A DNA stretch of 64,000 nt, from the NCBI GenBank assembly GCA_002269645.1, contig NIVC01001221.1, forward strand, positions 124,001 through 188,000. Reading direction: 5' to 3'. The notes below the pieces were generated by a model that ran no database searches, was not told the origin of the DNA, and saw only the letters and a program-made list of their open reading frames with translations. The position numbers and the translations under genes were made by a program. Below, piece after piece: positions 57,110 through 64,000 of this stretch (within the stretch, counting starts at the first letter, position 1; the number at the start of each line of letters is the position of its first letter). This stretch comes from Macrostomum lignano (lineage: Eukaryota).

Positions 57110-58130
57110 ATGCTGAGATGCCAAGGCTCACGGGGGAATTGCTGAGATGCCAAGTCTAACAGGGGGGAATTGCTGAGATGCCAAGTCTAACAGGGGGGAA
57201 TCGCTGAGATGCCAAGTCTCACAAGGGAGAATCGCTAAGATGCCAATGCTCACGGGGAATTGCTGAGATGCCAATGCTCACGAGGGGAATTGCTGAGATG
57301 CCAAGTCTCACAGGGGGAAATTGCTGAGATAGCAATGCTCACGGGGAATTGCTGAGATGCTAAGTCTTACAGTGGGAATCGCTGAGATGCCAAGTCTCAC
57401 AGGGGGGAATTGCTGAGATACCAATGCTCACGGGGAATTGCTGAGATGCTAAGTCTTACAGTGGGAATCGCTGAGATGCCAAGTCTCACAGGGGGGAATT
57501 GCTGAGATACCAATGCTCACGGGGAATTGCTGAGATGCTAAGTCTTACAGTTGGAATCGCTGAGATGCCAAGTCTCACAGGGGGGAATTGCTCAGATACC
57601 AATGCTCACGGGGAATTGCTGAGATGCTAAGTCTTACAGTGGGAATCGCTGAGATGCCAAGTCTCACAGGGGGGAATTGCTGAGATACCAATGCTCACGG
57701 GGAATTGCTGAGATGCTAAGTCTTACAGTGGGAATCGCTGAGATGCCAAGTCTCACAGGGGGGAATTGCTCAGATACCAATGCTCACGGGGAATTGCTGA
57801 GATGCTAAGTCTTACAGTGGGAATCGCTGAGATGCCAAGTCTCACAGGGGGGAATTGCTGAGATACCAATGCTCACGGGGAATCGCTGAGATGCCAAGTC
57901 TCACAGGGGGAATTGCTGAGATACCAATGCTCACGGGGAATCGCTGAGATGCCAAGTCTCACAGGGGGAATTGCTGAGATGCTAAGTCTCACAGGGGGGA
58001 ATTGCTGAGATGCCAATGCTCACGGGGGGGAATTGCTGAGATGCCAATGCTCACGGGGGGGAATTGCTGAGATGCCAATGCTCACGGGGGGGAATTGCTG
58101 AGATACCAATGCTCACGGGGGTAATTGCCG
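57110..58130. repeat. 28-31-bp G-rich minisatellite (gctgagatgccaagtctcacagggggaatt) with higher-order structure
   Basis: Three unit types cycle with period 89. Confidence 0.95.
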
Positions 58131-59162
58131 GGACAAAGTTTGCTTAAGCAGTCGTTGTGCGCACTACACTTTAATTAAATTATTGTAACAAAGGTTCACC
58201 TGAAATGCATTCACTTTTTAAACTCCTACTGAAGTGCCAAATGAGTAAAGTGTATTTATAATTCATGAATGCAGCACATTCATTTTTTCATAGGGACACT
58301 CAACGATACGAGCTACTAAATAAATACTTACAGTAAAAAGTGTTTGAAAATGTATTAAGGATAGAATAAAAATCCTGGTTCAGAATTCGCCTCTCGAATT
58401 AGGTGGAATACATTGGATTGAAATAAGAATTTTCTTTAACTGAGATGCTGACTGTAAGATTGGAATTGAAGTAGGAGAATTTATACCTGAAATGCTCAAA
58501 TTTTGGGTCTTCATGGGCCTTCAAGCAAAAGCAAAGTATAAAAAGCCTAAATGTGTCGCTACCTATTTGAGAAGCAATTGAGACTCGAATTCGCAGAAAC
58601 TCGATGCCGTGAAAATAATGACCGAGTGGCCTCGTGCGACTCTCTAATAGTTGCACCATCGAGAAAGATGGACTGACTATTAGTTTACACCATTTCCAGC
58701 TAAATAATTCTGTTGCTGAACAGCGTGGATCTTCATTTTGGGTGAGCCAAGCAATTGACTTGCCTATACCGTTAGCAAGCACAGGCTCCAGCTCTGTAGT
58801 TTTGCATTTTGAGCACACCGCCTTTGGACATGGAGACGGACAGGCAGATACATGAGCACAGACTGGGTGAGTGAGCGTCTAAGGCTACTGAACTCTGACA
58901 GATGGTCGGTCAGAGAACGAATATTTTAAGCATTCTCGCATTGGCACTGCTTGAGATCGAAAAGTGTACAGGCAATCTTTGAACCTAACCGAAAATCTAT
59001 CGTAAACCCAACCTAACCCTGGAGCCAGCAAGCCTACGCTCTCGCATGTATTTTGCACAATTTTTTCCACCTTAAAACAATTTTTGCTTCAAAACGAGCG
59101 CTAACATTAGGAATCCATTGCAGAGTTCAAGTTTCGTAAATTACCCGTCGCCTAGATGCGAC

Positions 59163-62100
59163 TCATGAAGGACTGTCACTGACGCCAGTACGGCACAGGC
59201 AAAACTTTCGCAGGTGAGGCGCGACCTCAGTGACGCAGTGAGCCTGACTGCCGTACCGGTTGATGCGGGAGGCCTCCGAAGTGGAGGACAGCAGCAGCAG
59301 CGGACTGCCGAAACGCGATCGCTGCAGGCCGAACTGCACCGACGCCTCAAATAGGCCTCCGTTCGGCTCTGTGACGAGGCGGAGCGTCAGGTAGCCGGCA
59401 GCGAGCAGCGCCGAGTTCTCCGCGTTGTAGGCCACGTAGCGCCAGCTGACGTGGCGCTCGCGGCGAGCCAGATCCTCGCTTGCCTGCGGCGTTGCAGAGG
59501 GGGGGGAGTAGCTCGGGGGTTGTTCGAATCTGTGCTCGTCCATTTCGGGCTGGTGCACAAAAAATATGTCTCAGGAAGACTCGAGCGGTCACTCACCAAG
59601 CTGACCTCGGCCTCCGTGACATTCCCCAGCTGCAGCTCCTGGCACAGGTGTCGGAACGGCTCAGTGGCCGAGTTCATCTGGTTCACTGCAAACCGAGCGG
59701 CTCTCACGGCCAGCTCGTTCGAGCTCGGCTCTTGAATCTTCTTCAGCCGCAGACACGAGCACCAGTGAGTCGGAATGCCCGCATCTGAGCAGCTGCGAGT
59801 CTCCGGAACGGCCTCATCGATCAGCGAGTACGATGTGAGGCTGGCGCCACCCGCTGCGAGCGTGGTAGAGTCTCTGAGTCCAGATAAGTTCAACAGAGTC
59901 CTGTGAATGTCGACAGGCGTTGTGAGTCTATTTGCGTTGGTCCTCAGCGTCTCTGCCGCATCTTTCTTGCGGCTCATCAACTGCCTGCTCAGCGCGATGC
60001 TCATGAGCGGTAGCGACTCCTCCAGCTTGCCCTGCATGGAGTTCCTCAGCGGTCCGTGCCGCTGGCCGTGGTCCGACATCAGAATGATGCTGGTGTTGCT
60101 GCTGAGGTTGGCGGCCTCGAACCAATCCAGGAACTTGACGAGCTCAGCGTCCATGGGAGACAGGTCTTGGTTCTCGTGCGACAAAGAGCTGAAAAAGGTG
60201 AAGGCGAACTTGGGCCTGTCCGGGTACAAGGTGAAGAGGTCCTTGACGGCCGAGAGCATTCTGGCGCTGGCGATCTCGTCTCCGATGCAGATGGCGTTGG
60301 TCTGCAGCCGCTCCTGCTGCAGCAGCGCCGGTCTCAGGTAGAAATCCGTGGGCTGGCGTCTGAAGCCGTGAAACCGCAGCTGGAAAGTGCCTGAAAATTC
60401 GCGATGTTAAATTCCATGTCAAGACCAGCAGCGGAGCAAGTGAAATAACTCAATCCTGACTAACTCACTAGTAACAGAATGAGGACTTCGCTGCAAGGTG
60501 AAACGAGTGGTAAGCAAAGCTCAACCAATAATTATTAGGCAAAAGTCACGCCAGAAGCGAACAGTGGGTAGGTCAAGAAATGTCTCTGCAAGTCGCTAAT
60601 TACGACTCAAGTCGCTCCCCACTGAAGTCCAGGGGAGTTCAAGGACCGAATGGCTTGTACAGAGTACAGAGGATCGACTGAAGGACTAAGCCAAGAACTT
60701 CTACTCGGAGACAGGGAGTTCTAGAGCAGCTGCAGAGTAAAGTTTTGTGGTTTGCCCTTTAGGAACGGGGGTCCCTCAATTACTCCCAGCTAATGCTGGC
60801 ATTCATTTTGCAGCTGGGTGAACTGACGCCATGCTGAGTTAAGTGCCTTGCTCGAGGACACAAATTGTTCCGAGTGGGTCGAAAATCGAACCCCCGATCT
60901 TCGAGTCGTGAGTCCGACGCTCCAACCACTAGGCTACCACCCCCATTCAGAAAGACAGAAATGGTGAATAAATTAGGAAGTCTGAGTATCATAGATAGAA
61001 TTCACTGATAGATATAGCATGCAGTTTTGTGACTAAATACACTAGGTACATACATTTTACGCTTTTGTGACTGCGCGCTTATTCCAATGCGGTCCAAGGC
61101 ACGTTGCAATATTTAGGCGCGAGCTTCTTTCTCTGCGCAAAACGCTACCTAAAATCTAACCTAGGGGAGCAAAATTGCAGTCAACAACTCTAGACGAAAG
61201 AACTCTAAAATTTTACAAGAAAGTCACAGGTCACTGTTCTTGACATGCATTTAGAGTCCAATTCATCGATGCCCAGTTTTGGTGATTTGATAACGTTTAA
61301 ATAATGCCAATGCCTTAAAGTATCCTTGAATACGCTCGTAGGAGGAATCGAGATACCTCAGCCAGTGAACTCTCAACGACCCCTTTAGCTTAATACCGTG
61401 CATGGACATTATTAAATAAATCGCACGGCAAAATAGTGTCGTGGGATTCACTTCAATGAGTACCAACCCCAAGTTCACCAAATTTGAGAACGTATCTTCT
61501 CTACTCTTTACTTGTTCAAGGCGAATGCTTCAGAACTCAAGCTGACAACTCAAAAAACGCGCTCTCACCGTATGCAGACTGCTCCTCCCCGTACAGAGTG
61601 ACGAAGCCCCGGTCCCGCAGGTCCTGGAAGATCCACCGAAGCGAGTCGTCCAGAAATCGAGCTCCAGCGAAGCCCTTCCGAGACTCGGGCATGTCGGCCT
61701 CCCGAATCCCCGTCAGGATGGGCAGCAGAGCGGCGGGCGTACCGTCTCCCATGATGTTGTACTGCTGCAGGGTGATGGCGCCAAGGCGGTCCTGCATGAT
61801 GCGGCTGGCTCGGGGCAGCGACCGCAAGCTCTCGAGTCGGGACAGCGAGTCCAGGCCCAGCATGATGACGTTGCCGAGCTCCGAGCTGTCGGTCGGCGAC
61901 CCCCCGCGACTGCCGGCTGCAGACGACGTCGCTCGCTTCACTCCGTAGTAGACGGAGCTGTGGCGGCTGGTGCGGTCTGGTGACTGGCAGGAAGCTCGGA
62001 ATCCCAGACTGGGCAGCTCGTCTCCGCTGCGGAGCGGCCTGGCGCTGCCGAACTCGCTCGACTGGTCGTCCAGCCGCACGACGGGCTCCGCGGTGCAGTT

Positions 62101-62763
62101 GGCCGACGAATACTCCGGCCTGAGGTAGACCCTGGACTCGGACACTCTCAGCCAGTTCTTCGAGGTTCCACGCTGACAGACATCGGCGGGAATCGGTCGG
62201 GGTCTGTTGGCTCGGACGAGCTGGTTGGTGACTGGCAATTTGGGTGAAACACACCGCTGCGACTTGTGAGTGAGCTCGGGCAGGCTGAAGGTTATTCGAT
62301 GACAATGATAAGGAGAGTGCGAAATGTTCAATTTTAGTCAGCCTTCGATTTTAACTCACCTGCTAACACAACGTACTCAATTATCGAGCCAGCTACTCAA
62401 CCAAAAAATCCTGGTTTATTAGACCCAAGCAATCACCTTGTAACCAAAATTTGCACATAGCAACAAAAATCAATCACCTAGCAACCAACATAATCACTTA
62501 GCAACCAATTCATTACCTAGCAACCTCAATCAGGAAATACAGTATCATCCGACTCAAACCTCAACCGCTCACCTCTGCTTGATTCTATCGAAAACCTCCA
62601 AGCTAATCTGACCATTCTGTCTGCTATTGTCAAATTTTCTGACACTGCTGATCAACGCGACAGTCCAGGTGACGCAAGCGAACGTAGCGATGGTGGCCAA
62701 CATCAGACGGATCCGGCCGTTTCTGGGAGAAGCCAACCTCAGCTGTCTCGCTAGTGGAATCAT
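59163..62763 (-). CDS. DUF229-family protein, copy B, intact, 673 aa. Exons 62763-62573, 62284-61569, 60390-59597, 59483-59163
   Basis: Same motifs and intron positions as copy A. Exon lengths 191+716+794+321 = 2022 nt keep frame. It ends SRINRYGSQAHC...LRKFCLCRTGVSDSPS*. Confidence 0.92.
60760..60944 (-). mobile_element. tRNA-derived SINE with a CORE-like central domain, in copy B intron 2
   Basis: On the minus strand: A box TAGCCTAGTGG (60936-60926), partial B box GGTTCGATTTT (60892-60882), then tgtgtcctcgagcaaggcacttaactc...tcagttcacccagctgcaaaatg, resembling the MIR/CORE segment gggcaagtcacttaacc...tcagtttcctcatctgtaaaatg. Confidence 0.75.
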
Positions 62764-64000
62764 TTGCTGCATCCGCTTCGAGGGAGTATGTCCACTGCGT
62801 TGGTGATGTGGCTCTGCGTTTTTTCCGAGTTTTTTTCTGAGCTCTATGCAAGCTTGACTGAGGTAGCTTGGTCAGTCTGTGTGATATTTTGGTGGTTGTT
62901 GTAGACAGCTAGGCAGGAGAGGCTTGGTAGAACTACAGGCTAGCTTGTCTCTCTATGCGGAAATGTTGAGACGAGTTAGTAGCATGGAGCCAGTTATTTT
63001 TGTCTCCCTTGATCTTCACTTTTAGCATCGTGATGACTGCGATATTGCTACTTTCAGAGGGGAGACGAAAAGGAACACGATACGAAAACGACTTTGTCTA
63101 TGGCAGTCACGAGCCAATAGGAAGGAACGGGGAGGAAAGGGAATGCTTAAAGGGAAGATAATGTACATCAGCAATAATGTACATTTTAGCCAGTCCACTG
63201 AAATGTACATGGCCGCTTTAGGCTGGAATTCCGAGAAAGGCAATAAAAATTAGGGTGGGGCGAAGGGTCGTATGGAAAGGCGCTGTTGGAGGGTTTAAGC
63301 TGGGGGGTAAAAACCAATAAATGAGCCTTGGTGTTAGAAATACATTAAAATGGTTCTGTTTAACTTACTGAACCAAAAGTAGTTTACACGCAAATGTGCT
63401 GAGTAGCCCATCCAATTATTATAGTATCTGCCCTGGGTCTTCCCTGGGCCCCTGGCGAGGTGGGTGGAGAGAGGAGGTGGCCGTTGGGTTTATTTACAAG
63501 CTGTCGTGGTGTGGAAAAAATATAACGTGTAAACTAAGAAAGCCTGATTGTCTATGGCTAACGCTTCTCTTTCATCATTTCTAACCTAAATATCACGTGA
63601 TGTATAATCACACAGTCATGCAGTCCCTCGGCGAGTGCTCAGAAACGCAAGGAATTCACACATGAAATGCACAGCAGCTTTCGTCTTCCGCTTGCCATAC
63701 CATTTTCAACCGTTTTTGAAAAGTTACTTTTCAAAAAAATACTTTTGACAAGCTGTAAATTGTTCTTTCGGATAGAAAAAAATAACAATCCATATACCAG
63801 ACTAACAAAAAATATTCTGGAATTAAACGACATCACATCGCTATTTAATGGGGGTCCCTCATTGGGATTAAACAGGGCATTGTTTAAGTGTTAGATAAAA
63901 TAGGTCAATGGGCAAAATAGTGTGCTAGTAGCTTATGAATCCAATGCTCACGGGGGGGGAGGATGTCGCTGTACGCTTCTACTTTGCAGCCATTGTATAC

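Noticed and set aside
59387-59596. Read-through extension of DUF229 copy B exon 3 in the ORF track, and the early stop at 54711 in copy A
   Set aside because: A consensus donor (ttg|GTGAGT) at the same position in both copies splices in frame to the conserved terminal exon.

Overview
Eukaryotic (animal) genomic DNA with GT-AG introns. By my rough tally about 40% of the window is micro/minisatellite. The style (a different minisatellite in nearly every intron, GC3-rich exons, polyQ/polyA tracts) resembles the flatworm Macrostomum; this is inference, not confirmed. Genes supported by recognisable motifs and phase-consistent splice sites: a TMEM145-like decayed locus (-), a two-exon bacterial-type (GSI-like) glutamine-synthetase-family gene (-), a single-exon type I mucin-like membrane protein (-), an SPSB/gustavus SPRY-SOCS-box gene (+), a six-exon ACOX3-like peroxisomal oxidase ending in ARL (+), an orphan ORF (-), and a convergent inverted pair of DUF229-family genes. 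Most long ORFs in the supplied track are tandem-repeat artefacts. Main hunt results: (1) a recurrent TA-cgag-TA / TA-cgagcg-TA scar, shown by three internal controls to be an insertion at a duplicated TA, which points to an unseen TA-targeting transposon with CGAG termini and a 4-nt footprint; (2) a nested stack of a 20-bp minisatellite, a Foldback/MULE-like element with a 9-bp TSD and TIRs built from tandem repeats, a second CCC-terminated element and a 39-bp array; (3) DUF229 paralogs whose exons 2-3 are nearly identical while exon 4 and intron 2 are strongly diverged; (4) intronic minisatellites that abut, repeat or mirror their own splice donors.
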